From positions 15,810,001-15,874,000 of the forward strand of contig JAQFVV010000009.1 of the NCBI GenBank assembly GCA_028023455.1: a stretch of DNA of 64,000 nucleotides. Direction: 5' to 3'. The DNA is from Epiperipatus broadwayi. Lineage: Eukaryota > Animalia > Onychophora. A model generated the notes under the pieces. It searched no databases, was not told the DNA's origin, and saw only the letters and a program-made list of their open reading frames with translations. Made by a program: the position numbers and the translations under genes. Shown in pieces: positions 12,661 to 26,200 of this stretch. Each line of letters begins with the position of its first letter. Positions within the stretch are counted from its first letter, which is position 1.

Positions 12661-12955
12661 TAAGTGTGGTAAGAGAAAATATTTAAAATCTCTATCCAGA
12701 ACCTTCCCATCTCTCGACCAAATGGTTTTGAGCTTATGAGCTAGCTTAATACAAGCTTATAAAAATAATGTCACGTTATATATGACTTGCTTTTTTGATT
12801 ATTATAATTTTACCTTTAAGACTTTGGCTATGCTGAGGTTATTAAAATATGGTAGATCTTAATTTAGTTCAGGCCCATATAGCTATTTAAGTTAGATAGC
12901 TGGAGATGGAAAGGTTCTGGATAGAGATTTTAAATATTTTCTCATACTGCACTTA
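12661..12955. mobile_element. MITE-like element with 53-bp terminal inverted repeats
   Basis: 12661-12713 (taagtgtggtaagagaaaatatttaaaatctctatccagaaccttcccatctc) pairs with 12903-12955 with 4 mismatches. TA sits at both outer ends. Confidence 0.8.
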
Positions 12956-14371
12956 CAAGATAGAATGTTATTTTGTTATCTTTTTAGTTAAGGAACAGGT
13001 TTGCTAGTGTATTGTTTGGAATTTAATGTTATATCTAGTAAAATCTTTTCTGATTAAGAAAAGGAAAGAAAAAAAAATTGAACACGCATTTAGAAAAAAT
13101 GAGATTAGAAATGTTGAAAAAGGCGAATAGAAATGTTGAAAGGAAAAAAAGTGAAAAAGAATATTTATTGAGAAAATTAAAAAATAAAAATTGAATTGGA
13201 TTTGTGCTTAATAGTGAAGAATTTATGAAGGATATGTCAGAATGAAAATGATGAGTATAAGTAAAATAGAAAGAAGTTGATAATAAGTAATCATAAGAAG
13301 AGTAAGGATAGACTTTTTAGATAACTGATAATAAAAATAAGTAATTCTTTGTTTAAGTAATAAGCAATAAAATTTAGAAAAAAAAAAATTGAAAAAATTG
13401 ACAAAGATATAAAAAGTTCATTATTAATGAGTCAAGACCATTCTTATTCTGATATTATGGAAGGCTGAATATATTTTCTACTACTATACAACTTGAATTT
13501 TATGTATATACATTTTTTAAAATATTTCTCTGAGAGTACTCAAAGGAAATAGTTTAAGATAACATTTACTTCTGATTAAGAGCTATAGAAAATGATATTT
13601 TAAAAGATTTAAGAGCATACCAACCATACAAATTAATCAGTAAGACAAAAGTAGCTTTTCATTTCATTTGAATTCTAGGCTAATCTAGAGTAATCAGTCT
13701 TTACTAGATGCATATATAATTTCTGTCCTTACTATTTGAACCAAAATGGAGAGCTGCTTTTGTAATGTGTACAACTTTCTATAAACTTTAACTCAATTTG
13801 CTTATATGTATATTTAAGAAAAAGAAATATCTTAAAGATTAAACAGTTTTCTGAAACAAGATCAGACAATAGGTCAGAGTTACTAATTGTCTCTTTTTTT
13901 TTTCATTATTCTGCCAACATTTCAGCCATCTGGATTGAGCAATCTAAATTCAGTGACTACTGGATCATTGAATTTAGAAAAAGAGGATGGAGCAGGTTTA
14001 TAAAGATTATTCATTAGTATTTTACTAGTTAAAATGCCTTGTTTGTAATTTAAAATTATAAGCTTTGATGACCCTAAATGATATGATATTTTATTTTATT
14101 AAATTAATCCATTTGCTTCATTTTCTGAGTAAAATCAAGACTCCTGCTTTCTCTAGGGTAGAGGCCAAGACAAATCACAGATTTTACTAAATTCACAATA
14201 ATTGTTTTTGATTTCAAAATATTTTTTAAAAAAAACCTGTGTACTATTACTAGTAGTTGAATGCAATTGGAAAATTTAAATAAAGTTTAATTTTTCTAAA
14301 GACATTCAACACTTAATATTAGATGATGAAAATAGCCCAATATATAAATACAAATATTCAGTTCTTTTCTT

Positions 14372-14425
14372 TTATGATGATGATTATTATTATTATTAAT
14401 AATGATGATGATGATTATTATTATT
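14372..14425. repeat. Compound (GAT)/(ATT) microsatellite, duplicated
   Basis: tatgatgatgattattattattattaataatgatgatgatgattattattatt. Confidence 0.85.
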
Positions 14426-16099
14426 TTTTCATATAAAAGACAATTTAGCTAATTTATTTATTCTTGAAAGAGGAAATGGAAATAAAGTGATGTTTGAAAT
14501 TTTGATGTTAAACACAATATTTTTTTTTAAAAAAAACCTTAGCTGTGTTTATTTTTGATTGATGGAAATAACAAATCTGTCTATACAATAGACTTTATTA
14601 GTGATTAGCATAGTCATTAGTATGCTCCCTATTTCCAGTATCTTCACTTTGAATAATTCAAGAAAAAGTGGAAAGCACTTTAAGTATTAATTTTAGTTGC
14701 AATTGGAAAATATATTGATTTATTATTGACACAAGTTCATTTCTAATACAATAATTAATTGAAGAGCTTAATGCAAGTTACAAATAAAAGACATTAGCCC
14801 AATTGAAAAAGATCTAAATATTTATTAAAAACATATGATTCTGCATGTCCTCTTATTGTGGTAACTCAACATCATTTTTTCTCTTATGTGAATTAGATTT
14901 ATAAAAAAAATGATATGAATAGATTAGTTTTAATAGAAACAAAAATGCAAGACGATAATTGACAGTTTGGAAAGATAGTTAAGAATTATGTAGATTCTCT
15001 GATACATTTTTTTGAATTTGTGATAACTTTTTATCTATTTGATAAGAAGTAAGAGATTCAGAAATTTGTAGACCCAAAATAATTCTCTTTAGTAGAGAAT
15101 TATTCCCACAGCAGATTAATTATGTTTTTTTTTATTGGACTTGCTATGGAGATTTATATAAATAGTTCATTTTTATAGAATTTATTTTTTGATCTAATAT
15201 TTATTTATGACTCTTCAAAATATTTTTCAACAGTATGCAATTGATTTTTGCTTATTTTCTGTCCATTTTTTTTTATCAACATTAATATTTGTCATTGTCA
15301 ATTATTGATAGCTATAATAATAGCATTATTAACTTCTACTAACATTTAAAAAATTTACTTTCTGTTAATTTCTAATTATTACAATTCTTGAGATGTATCC
15401 AATTTGAGATATCTTACTAATACTGTTTGCATAGTCATGATTAACCAGTATATATAGTGGAATGTTTTTACTGATTATTAAAATTTAGAAATATTTCCAT
15501 AGTAATAATTAGTATCTATTAAAAGTTGTAAAATATGTGTCTATATTCAAGCACTGTGGTTGGATGAAAGAAATGACCTCAAAACCAATCACAAACAAAG
15601 GAATGTTTTTTGATCCTGATTAAAAAATAAATACAAACAAAAAATAATTTATAGTTTTGTAATGAAAAACAATTTTATTATTAAAAATAAAGAATATATT
15701 GAGCACATTATTGCTAGTGAAGTATGGAATTAGTCTTAAATAAATAAAGTATTCTGTTTTTCAAATGCTTGCATTATATTTTTGTCTTTAAGTATTTATA
15801 TTATAAGTAAATACATATTATTTAAATAATCTTCTGTAAAGCAAAAGTTTCTCCAATAGCTTTTATAAAGAAGAAATGAAAAAAAAAAAGATTTTATTCA
15901 TTAGGCTTGGCACTTATGGGGGTGATGAGAGTTTGGATAATTTTTTCTTATTTTGCTATTGAATTAAGATTATTTAGATAGTTATTTATTTAAAAAATGA
16001 GTTTAATTTTTCATTTACAATAAATTTATACCATAATGGGAGGTAAAAGTTAATGTTTCAAAATAAGTGAACATGTTTCATTTAATAAAGATAATTTAT

Positions 16100-16960
16100 A
16101 TTTTTAATTAATTATTCTTTTTTTCTATGTCTTTCATCATCATACCTAGTTTTATTATTGGATAGAAATTAAGTTTTAACTGATAATAATGTGATAGTGC
16201 ATTTGATTTAAATACTAGTGGAATCCATGATTTAAACAATTCCTGAGACCATGATACAAATCTTAAATTTATTTTTATTTTTTTGACAGTGCAAATCTCT
16301 TGAATATTGCCTTCATCTCTATTCATGGAATTGTTGAACAATATATTTGTGTTTGTTTTGAAAAATTATCATACACTTTATAACTTTAGCAGTGATAAAG
16401 AATATCTTATTGTTTTTTGTGACTAATCAAAAAGCTTAATATTAAAACTTGGTTAATGGGTTATATTGGACATAATTTCATCTTAAATGTTTGAAAAAGA
16501 GATTTAATCAATAATATTTAAAACAATTCCTTTATTCACATAGTTTACAAATTGTATCAAAAGACTATCTATGAGTCTTGTTGACAAATATTGTAGTTGG
16601 GAAAATGCCATAAAGAAATTCTATGCCAGGTTCATTTATAACATATTTTCTCACTCTTTTATAAATTAATGGATTTCCAATTGGCACCAAGATTATAAAA
16701 TTTATGATGTATTATCACTGATAGATCATTATATGCTATTTGAATTATAGTAGATATGTTCATTTTATCTCTGGTATTTAGATGATTTTTCCATTTTACT
16801 AAATCATTCAATTGATAGAGAGTTTGATGTCAAATAAAGAGTCATCACATATTCTATCAAATGAAAACCTTTAAGATGAATCAATAAAACAACTTTAATT
16901 TCAACTAGTCCAAGATCATTGTTTTTAGTTATTGTAAAAGCTTTGATTCTGATTCTCATA
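16100..16960 (-). mobile_element. Possible very old LINE RT remnant
   Basis: Minus-strand fragments VVLLIHLKGF (cf. +DL.KAFD), LVPIGNP (cf. GVPQGS) and TIFVNKT (cf. LFADD) occur in the expected order, with heavy decay. Confidence 0.3.
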
Positions 16961-17468
16961 AATAATTATTTATACATTTATAGCACCTGCTTTTATATTT
17001 GTTAAATAGTACCAAGATGCATAATATGCCAAAAGACCTTTGAGAATGGAATTAGTTATTTTAATTTTTGTTTTCAGGTGGCATTTAATTGGATTGAAGT
17101 TGTTAATTTAGTTGAAAATTTATTGATGATTAATTAATTATTAAATGGTCATTGAAGAACAGATAGAGATTTAATTATAACTATCGTAAGTAATGATGGT
17201 TTATTTCTCCCTGTTATTTATCATGCTGAAGATTTGTCTCTTGATACACATGACCCAGTTATTTTTGACATTTTTTAAAAAGTATTTCTCAATAGCAAAA
17301 ATATTAGAGATTCCTCAGGTAATTATCATGCCATCATCAATTATGGGTATTATAATTTTTTTTGACTTCTTATTCATTTATGCATTGATTTTAATACCAC
17401 ATATATATTCCTTAATCATTTTTTACAACACAATCAAAATATATTTTATTTATTGATATTTTTTTTAG

Positions 17469-17575
17469 ATTCAGCTGACCTGCAATCTTCATCTGAATAT
17501 ATGTATATATGTCCTAATTGTATGCTCATTTGAATATTGCAACTCTGATGAAGACTGCTAATCAGTTGATATTGT
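17469..17575. ncRNA. Inverted pair of degenerate Penelope-type hammerhead-like motifs
   Basis: + strand 17545-17571: CTGATGA-AGACTG-ctaat-CAGTT-GATA. - strand 17495-17469: CAGATGA-AGATTG-caggt-CAGCT-GAAT. 17472-17493 pairs with 17547-17568 at 17/22. An aataaa lies downstream near 17591. Confidence 0.4.
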
Positions 17576-18459
17576 AAGAAAATATTAAGTAATAAATTTT
17601 ATTTGATTGTATTGTAAAAAGTGATTTAATTAAAAAGTTGTATGAACAGTGTTATATAATTATAGGCATGTATATTTATTTCTCTTTTTAAGTTTGGGAT
17701 AAGTATTCCAAGAATAAGATCACTAATTTCTCTTAAGAATATCAATGTAAATAACAAATAAAGCAGGGGAAAATGGAGATTCTTGGAAAGTACTTTTTAT
17801 TATCTGAAGTATTAGAGAAAGTATCAGGAAGATTTGTTGCTACTAATTTACTTTTTATGAAATTTATTAGTCCATATATGAAGGATGTTTTTTTTTTGTA
17901 AGAATATTAAGTAGGTTTTATTTATAGCTAGATAATCAAAGACACTTCCAAAACATTTTTTTTTTAAATAGATGGTTAACTTAATTTACAATGGTTTTTT
18001 GAAGGAAAAATTCTAAGACTTGTTAGTACTTGAAAAAATTTTCAAATTTTATCTGTTTCCAGATTTAAACTCATATGCTACCATTAAATGATGGTTTGAT
18101 TTACATTATAAGGACATTTATAAGAATATATTAATTGTTAAATATTTTGATTACTATCACCTCTCATTATAATAGTAGAACAGAATTTTTATCTCTGCTG
18201 CTCAGATTTAAGATTTTTTTTCTCTGCAATTAGGCAACTTTTATTCATCAGATAGTTATTTTCCTGCTGAACCAAAGTCTCTCATGCGCATTTAAAATAT
18301 AAATAGTAGTGTTATTAAGATTATCTAATTGTATCAAATAAAAAGCCATATTTTTGTTTGAATAATATTTATAAAATTATCCTTATCTCTTTAATTCAAA
18401 ATAAACACTAACTTGAGAGTTGTAGAAATATCAAAGAGATTTATTATTTTAAATAAACC

Positions 18460-18540
18460 TGTGCAGTTTGGCATAGTTGTTAGAGCATTTGTCTTGAGAT
18501 TGGGATATCTTAGAATTAATTCTGGTGCAAAGCCACATGC
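18460..18540 (+). mobile_element. Possible decayed tRNA-derived SINE head
   Basis: tggcatagttg (A-box-like), then ttagagcatttgtcttgaga and a degenerate B-box-like segment. Not a functional tRNA. Confidence 0.3.
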
Positions 18541-20980
18541 TTTTTTTTTTTAAAAACAGAAACATAGAAGTTTTCTCTGAATACTATTATATAATATTTG
18601 TTACATAGTGTGTCATCATAGTTATTGCCCTAGTTCTCTCAATTATCAATCTAAATCTCATAAGCAAGCTTTATTGATAACACTTTAGTGGCCAATATTG
18701 GTGTCCAGAAACAAAGAGTTGCTGCAGTAAGAAATGTAATCATATTTCACCATATATGACAAAGGTTAAAATATTTTGATTATTTTGTATGAGATTAAGA
18801 GCATTTGATTAAAAGCAATAAGCTGAAATTAATTTATTTTTCTTGGGAAGAAGTGAGCTACAATTAGGCAAGGTACTAAAATCTTTCAAAAAACAAAGTC
18901 ACTGTAGAAGTTAAATGACAGTATCATGAGGTAACATGTAAATAGATTAGCACATAAATGTATAGGAACATATTTGTAATTCACAGATTACTTTAATTAA
19001 TCATATTCATCTTCAACTTTTTACTCTTTGTCTTTGTATCATGTATCATTATTTTCTTTCTTTTGAAGCTAGATGGCCATACTTATTTACAATTCGCTGG
19101 TGATGTTTATAAAGTAGAAATAATTATATGGATTCAGTGATAGTTAGGCATGATAATTCAATGCAATTGATCAAATTGGTTTTTTATGCTGCTGAGAATT
19201 GATTTGCTTTGCAAATCTTTAGCTTTTGAGTTTGTCATCTTATCACTGTGCTTAAACACATTGTCATATTATATAAAAAGTTATATAACTGAAATAAATT
19301 GGTGATATTGAAAGGGCAGCCACCATTGAAGGGAAAACTCTAACATTATCACAAAGAATGCGTTATTAAATAACTTAAAAAACCAGAGATGATGTTTTAT
19401 ATGGAAAAATGCCTTCATATGCTCAGCAGGGGTTTATTTTGGCTTATTGACACCAAATAATAAAACCATTAAGTTTTTATCTGTGCAATTGGTAAATTAA
19501 GTTTTCAAATGAATTTGTTATTATGATGAAAGATTGCAAAGATAATTTCTACATAAGCCCATTTTTTATATGAAATAATGTAGTTCAGTTTTTATTTATT
19601 GCTTAGTTACTGAAGCTTTACTTCCTCTTCCTTATAATTTTTTTTTAAGAAGAGAGAGCGGTAATGATATCAACAAGTATATATGTGTAAATATAATCTT
19701 ATTTTTTTGCCTGTTATAACCACATGCTATAATAAGTAACAAATTATGAGATAGTTATTGATTATTTATCAAGTTTTTTTTAATAATTTTTTTTTGTTGA
19801 TAAAATTAACTTTCTTATAACAATAAATATTCTTTCTGCTAGTTAGTCACCTTTTGGAATATGAAGGTCAATGATTTATTTACTCAGACAAACTTACATC
19901 AATCATGTAATACTGTGAACAAAGTCTAATATAAATAATCATTTATTGTTAAAAATTGTTTATAAAAAACGTACATTTCAGGAAATGAGAATCTGTGTAG
20001 ATTAAGATATATTTGGTTAATATTTTTATATTTAAAATGTTTATTACTAATTGATTATTTAAAAATGTTTTCTTTAATTTAATATATTTATTTTCATAGG
20101 GAGTTTAATCAAGGGTAATTGATCATTTTGTCACCATAATTTATTCCAGTTTGTCACATTTAGAATTATTGTACATGATTTAGTGAACATAATTTAGTGA
20201 AAGATGTGTTTAGTGCTTTTGCCATAACCCTTAAATTAATATCTGGATAGGAATGGAGATGAGATTTTCTAAACAGATCAGAATTTTTCAAATAACTGGT
20301 CTACATCCAATTCATATCTTATATTTATCCAATATTGGTTGGTAAATTTTATAGGATTATTCCCAGAAGATAAAATAAATTGCAGCCAGTGTGAGTTGGT
20401 CATATGAATATGCATTATCAATAAAGAAAAAGCATAAGTATAATATATTGTAAACTTCATCATTGGAGGAGAGAGGAGTATTGAACTCATGGTTTATTTT
20501 TTTTAAGAATTTAGTGATGAGTTTTTAATTTTTAGAATTTGATATTTTATAAAAAATTTATTAATATGCACAATGAGGTTTTTTTTTGTATTTGTCAACA
20601 TTCATTTCTATTTTTATACTGATAAAAATGAATAATTGGTTTTGAATAAAAGTGATTTTCTGATAAGCAAAAATCATGATAGTAATAATTTTGTGTTTAA
20701 AAGCTTTTTAGTTTCTGATACATGTAGTTGTTTATATGGCACACTTATATAGCTACAAATCATTCATATTATTATAATACACTGCTTTTGCAAATCATAA
20801 TTGAGAACGTTTTGACTTAATAATATCTTATCACATGATCACCATTTCTTATGCTAGAACATGTTATTAAAACAGGCAAAACTCTCCATACAGTAGTGCC
20901 ACTCAGTGCCAACCAGAGTAATCAATGGATGCCAGAAGGCTTGTGCATAAAATCCCCATCTAGTGCCTACTCATCCAATA

Positions 20981-21022
20981 TCCCCAGACTAGTTTCTGGC
21001 TTATGGCCTTTGTCAGTGAGGA
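20981..21022 (-). ncRNA. Minimal type I hammerhead ribozyme-like motif, copy 1
   Basis: Minus strand TCCTCA-CTGACAA-AGGC-CATAA-GCCA-GAAAC-TA-GTC-TGGGGA: 6-bp stem I (one G-U), GGC/GCC stem II, palindromic ACTAGT stem III, GUC cleavage triplet. One core change (CUGACGA to CUGACAA). Confidence 0.65.
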
Positions 21023-21416
21023 GCTTTGAATCTGAGAGCACTGCACCTTCTGACATCCATTGATTATTCTGGTTGGCACTGAGTTGCACTACTGTATGGA
21101 GAGTTTTGCCTGTTTTAATAACAGATATATACTAGCATAAGAAATGGTGATCATGTGATATTTGCCTAGTTTAACACCAATCCTGCCTAATAAGACAGTG
21201 GTGGCTATGGTTGTTAAAGAGCTAAAGACACCAAAATGTATGGGTGCTGAACTGAGTTCAGACCCATATGACTATATAAGCGATTGAGCTTAGATTGAAA
21301 ATATTGTGTTTTCAATTTTATTGTCATAGTTTTATAGTTAAGTAGAGATAAAAGGTGGCTGCTGGAGGATTGCATTAGATCCTAAGATCTAGGTGCAGTG
21401 CTCTCAGATCCAAAGC

Positions 21417-21458
21417 TCCTCACTAACGAAGGCCACAAGCCAGAAACTAGTCTGGAGA
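21417..21458 (+). ncRNA. Minimal type I hammerhead ribozyme-like motif, copy 2
   Basis: TCCTCA-CTAACGA-AGGC-CACAA-GCCA-GAAAC-TA-GTC-TGGAGA, with a different single core change (CUGACGA to CUAACGA) than copy 1. Confidence 0.65.
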
Positions 21459-21916
21459 TATTGGATGAGTAGGCACTAGATGGGGATTTTATGCTGGTTG
21501 GCATTGAGTGACACTACTGTATGGAGAGTTTTGTCTGTTTTTAATATCTTCATTGTGCTTTATAGACTTGGATTTGAAAAAAAAATTGCAAATGCCTTAT
21601 TAATAGGAATCTTAATTGATTTACATCAAGTAAACAATACATTCTGGAGATCATATAATTAACATTAACCATACTTAAAAAAAAAAAAGTAACTTAGTAT
21701 ATGGGAATACTTTACCACTAGGCTCTATATTATTAATGCTCTACTTTCAATATTGACACAAATCATTTTAATATGTAGTGGAACTCTTTATATAAATTTT
21801 TTTATTCATATTAAATTATAGTTATTGAATTCTTGAAAATTTAATCTACTTGTTATTATCCATTATTATATTATTTTTTGTAATTCAATTGTTATTAATT
21901 TTCTTCTTTTCTGAGC

Positions 21917-23232
21917 TAATGTAATATCTGGTAAAATGAAAATATACACAGAAAAGGTAGTTTTTTAAATAATATTTAGCTTTATTATTGCCTAGCATGC
22001 TTTCAATATATTTTTATTATATCATATTCATGACATATAATAGTGTGATTAAATGGTTCTTTATATCAATGTTTAATCAACTGTTTCACATATTTTAATT
22101 TTAATTTAAAACTTAAACTTGAATATTTAAATAGGTCATTTCTTTGAAATGGGTACACTTGTATCTGTTTTGTTAATAAAAAAATGGACATTAGCCTTTA
22201 CCTTTCTAATCTTCCATTCTCCATTCTCTCCTTGTACAATATTTCTGCCCCCATCATCTCAAATCCATGACTAGCTCTCTGCCTGCAGTATGCCAACATT
22301 GAAGTGTGCCCTTTGTATCTAAGGGCCCCATTCTACAAACATCTGTGCATGACTATTCATAAATTGGCCCTCGACTCCTCATAATAAGCAACATTACAAA
22401 CTGATTGGCTGCATTTAATTCTATAGATCATTTAAATGTTGCTGATTCATTTGGTATCTTTAGAATTATTGATTGATGGAGCAGTTCAAGAGCCTATATT
22501 AAATTTATTTTTACATAACTGTATTTTTTAATTTATGTATAATTTGTGGAATATAAGATAGGTGTATTCAGTTTTTAGGTTCCATTTATTGGTTGGGGCA
22601 AGTATTTTTTTTATAGAATCAAAATATAGGTAAAAATAAATCTAATATAGACTTTTGAACTGCTCCATCACTTAACCAATTAATCAATAACTCTAAAGAC
22701 ATTATACCAAATGAATCTGCACATCAAGTGGTTTATAGAATTAAGTACAGGCAATCAGCTTGCCATGCTGCATATTATGGAGAGTCAAGGGCCAATTTGT
22801 CAACTGGATTTGCCCAGCATGGATGTTTGTAGAGTGGGCTCCTTGAAGACAAAGGGTGCACTTCAACATTTGTAGACCATGGGTGGAGAGCCGGTCATGG
22901 ATTCAAGCAAGCTGGGGGGGGGGCAGATATGGTGTACATGGAGAAAGAGAATGGAGAGTGGAAGATTAGAGAAGCACATGCAATAGCTGATGACCATTTT
23001 TCTATTAACAAAAAGAAAACAAGTGTACCCATTTCAAAGAAATGGGCTGTTTAAATATTCAAATTTAAAATTGAATACATGAACAATTAATTAAACATTG
23101 ATATAAAGAACCATTTAATCACACTATTATATGTCATGAATATGACATAGTAAAATTTATTGAAAGCATACTAAATATTATTAAAAAGCTACTTTTTCTG
23201 GGTGTATTTTCATTTTACCAAATATTACATTA
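21917..23232. mobile_element. ~1.3-kb foldback element (arms ~600 bp, spacer ~115 bp)
   Basis: Outer taatgtaatatctggtaaaatgaaaata pairs with tattttcattttaccaaatattacatta. Internal pairs include tttctttgaaatgggtacacttg / caagtgtacccatttcaaagaaa and tgatggagcagttcaa / ttgaactgctccatca. Spacer 22515-22629. Confidence 0.85.
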
Positions 23233-26200
23233 TTATATTTGTTATTTTGACAATATTTTATCATTATATTATTGGTTATTTGGACATTATTATATTATTG
23301 TTAATTGTAAATAGAAAAAAAAAAGGGATATATTCTTGCTTAAAGATTAACTGGGAAAATTCTGATCTTAAAAAGGAACTTCAAATAATAGAACTGGATT
23401 AAATAGCCTAAGTCCATTTATTTACTTAAAAAGAACTTCATATAATGGAAGTGGAATAAATACTGTAACTCCATTTATTTACTTTTTAAGGTTTTTTTTT
23501 TTTTTAATTTCAATAATTAAATTTTTATTATATAGTACAGAGATAGGATTAGTTTTGTCTCAGACTATTACGATTCTAATTGCTGCTTATATTATGAGAT
23601 GTCCAAATTTCTTTCTCTCTAAAAATATATTGATAATTTTTTCTGGTTATTTTGTTCGTAAATTTTTAGGGGGTTATTATTGGAAGATGTGATATTTCAA
23701 ATGTTTTGACACAGAATCTTATTGTTGCATTCATTTTAAGATGATTTTTTCCTTCTTACTTTTAATATCTCATTAGAAACTGCAATTCATCCCATTTATT
23801 TTATTCCAGAGCCATTTATGGTAAACTTGAGTGTCCATTGATTGCTCATGCTTGCAATAGTATATGGAATAAATTGCTATTCCTAATGCATTATTGTATA
23901 TTAGATAGTAAAGATAATCCATAAGCTCAGGAACAGTAAAAGTGCTTCAACCGAAGATGTTAGAAATTGCAACATATTAAAGTATTCTTTTTTTGTTGGT
24001 CAGTATATGAATACTCACTTAACTAACCCAGTTTAATATGGAATCTTTACTCTCTAGCCAAGAATAGCTAAACATCCATTTTACTGACTAATATTAGATT
24101 GCTAAGTGAGTTGACTATTTAAAAGAAAAATTCTAAGTCTGTGAACTGAAAAAAATTTAATGGTTAACCCAGCTTGCCCTAAATTGTGGACATAGAAAAT
24201 AGATAAATGAATCATTATACTACAATATTTTTCTCATTACATACTGAGTCCTAAATGTTAATATTGTTTCATATGGAAAATTTTTTTTAAATTTCCTAGG
24301 ATTTCATATATTCTGTCTTTCTTTGATAAATGCTGTAGTTTATATTTATTTTAATTGCCAGATTTATTTAAACTGTCCTGCTATTTTTGTTTCAATAGAT
24401 GCTTAAAATTAAGAAATATGGAAATATTGAAGGTTATTTAGTTAAAATAGGTAAGAATAAAATCATTTGAATAATACAGTATAAAACAAAAATACCTTGG
24501 AGTTATTTGTTTTAGAGGATTTGAATAATTATGATACCAATTAATAGATTGAATTAAAAAAAACATTTTTTTGTACATGTATATAATAAAGTTAAACTTG
24601 AAAGGAATCAATTATCATTGATTTTATAGTAAGAATAATAGGATCATTATACAAGATATAATGTTTTATGTGAAAGTAAAATATTAAATATGTCTCATTG
24701 TATGATTTTGTATTTGAATATGTACCATCAACAATACATTTTTTGCTAGATGTTATTTAGCAGTACTTTATAAAAAAAATAACTTTTTAGTTTATAACAT
24801 TGTAATAATTTTTTAAAAATTATATCTACCAGAACAATATTTATCACTTTCTATTGTTTTTTTTTTTACCATTTTTAGTTTGCATTTTTTAATTTTTTTT
24901 AGAGCATATAACAGATTATGATCTGAAAAAAAAAAGTTGCAATGAAATTTAATATTTATTATTTTTACTGACAGATTACAGTTTTAAAAACATTATGAAA
25001 TATCAAAGTTAATAAATAAATCATATGTCAAATATTTAATTTATTCAATTTAGAATTGAACTTTTATGAATTCTCTATGATGACACTAAACAAAATACAT
25101 TACCATACTTTAAGGCCAGTGTAAACATTTATTAGTTATAAGTGCAGGTAGTCATTCTTGTGAAGAAAATTTATCTAGCATTATGATAGCTTTATTAACT
25201 TATCTTTTATTAGCAGTCACATAGGTAGCTTATTTTTTAATCTGTTCAGTGAATATACTCTTGATGTGCATTAAATGGTAGCATTAAAATAGTGGTGCAA
25301 GGTCACAAGTTTGCAGTATGTGGTTAATAAGTAAAAAAAATTTAAAAGATCTTATTCTAAAATAATTAATCTACTTTTGAATAGCAAAAAGATAATTCTT
25401 AGCTTTATTCACAAGTTAAAAATAAAAATAAAATATTTCAATAAATAATGATAAGAAAGAAATAGTGGATGACTGTCTTTCTAGAATATAGAATTTGTAA
25501 CAATAAAAGGCTGTACTAAACAAATTCAGTGTACAATTGTGATGAATAAAGGCATTCTTGGTCATTTAATTGAAATATTAAATACCAGTTTTAAAAAAAA
25601 ATTAAATTTTTTTTTATAAAACTGAATTCAGTTCTTTTATCAAAATAACAACAGTAATAATCTTCAAATTTATTATATTATTTTTCATCTCCCAATGTTT
25701 CAATCATTTTTATGACTGTTTCCAAGAATATAATAATATAATTTTAGTATAAATGGACTATTTCTGAAAATTGAAAAAAGTAGATGTTATATTTTACCAA
25801 TATTTATTAAAATCAATCAATTTAAAAATGCAATTAATCATAAAAAATTCTGAAATTTTTTTTGAAATTTGGAAAAAAAATTTTTTATTAGTTATTGTTT
25901 TTCAAATTGTTAATTATATATATTTAGAAAAAAAAATCATACATTTTTATGAATAATTATATTTTAAAAAATTGGTTAATTTCTATATGTATGTGTTAAT
26001 AAGATATATCTTTTCCAATTTTCAGAAATGTAATAGTTTGTTTATACTAAAATTATATTAATACATTCTTCAAAATGCCATAAAAAATGTTCATAACATT
26101 GGAAGAGGAAATATGATGTAATAAACTTTTATATATATGATTGATTTTCAGACATATAAATGTGAAATTGTTAAAAAAAATGCTAATGAATTTTATTTTA

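Larger units (their letters stand above)
20829..21545. mobile_element. Penelope-like terminal-repeat cluster (one inverted plus two partial direct copies) carrying hammerhead motifs
   Basis: 20829-20939 pairs with 21046-21160 (~95%). The spacer 20945-21048 is inverted again at 21391-21494, and 21495-21545 repeats the arm. accaatc and gactatataagc motifs lie in between. Confidence 0.65.

Noticed and set aside
17078-17186. Good acceptor (ttttgttttcag) and donor (gtaagt) flanking ~110 nt
   Set aside because: Stop codons occur in all three frames and there is no MiT similarity. It could only be a non-coding or poison exon, which the sequence alone cannot show.
21197-21270. tRNA-like A/B-box appearance suggesting a SINE head
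   Set aside because: The boxes are weak. The CCAAT/TATA-like motifs and hammerhead context fit a Penelope-type terminal repeat better.
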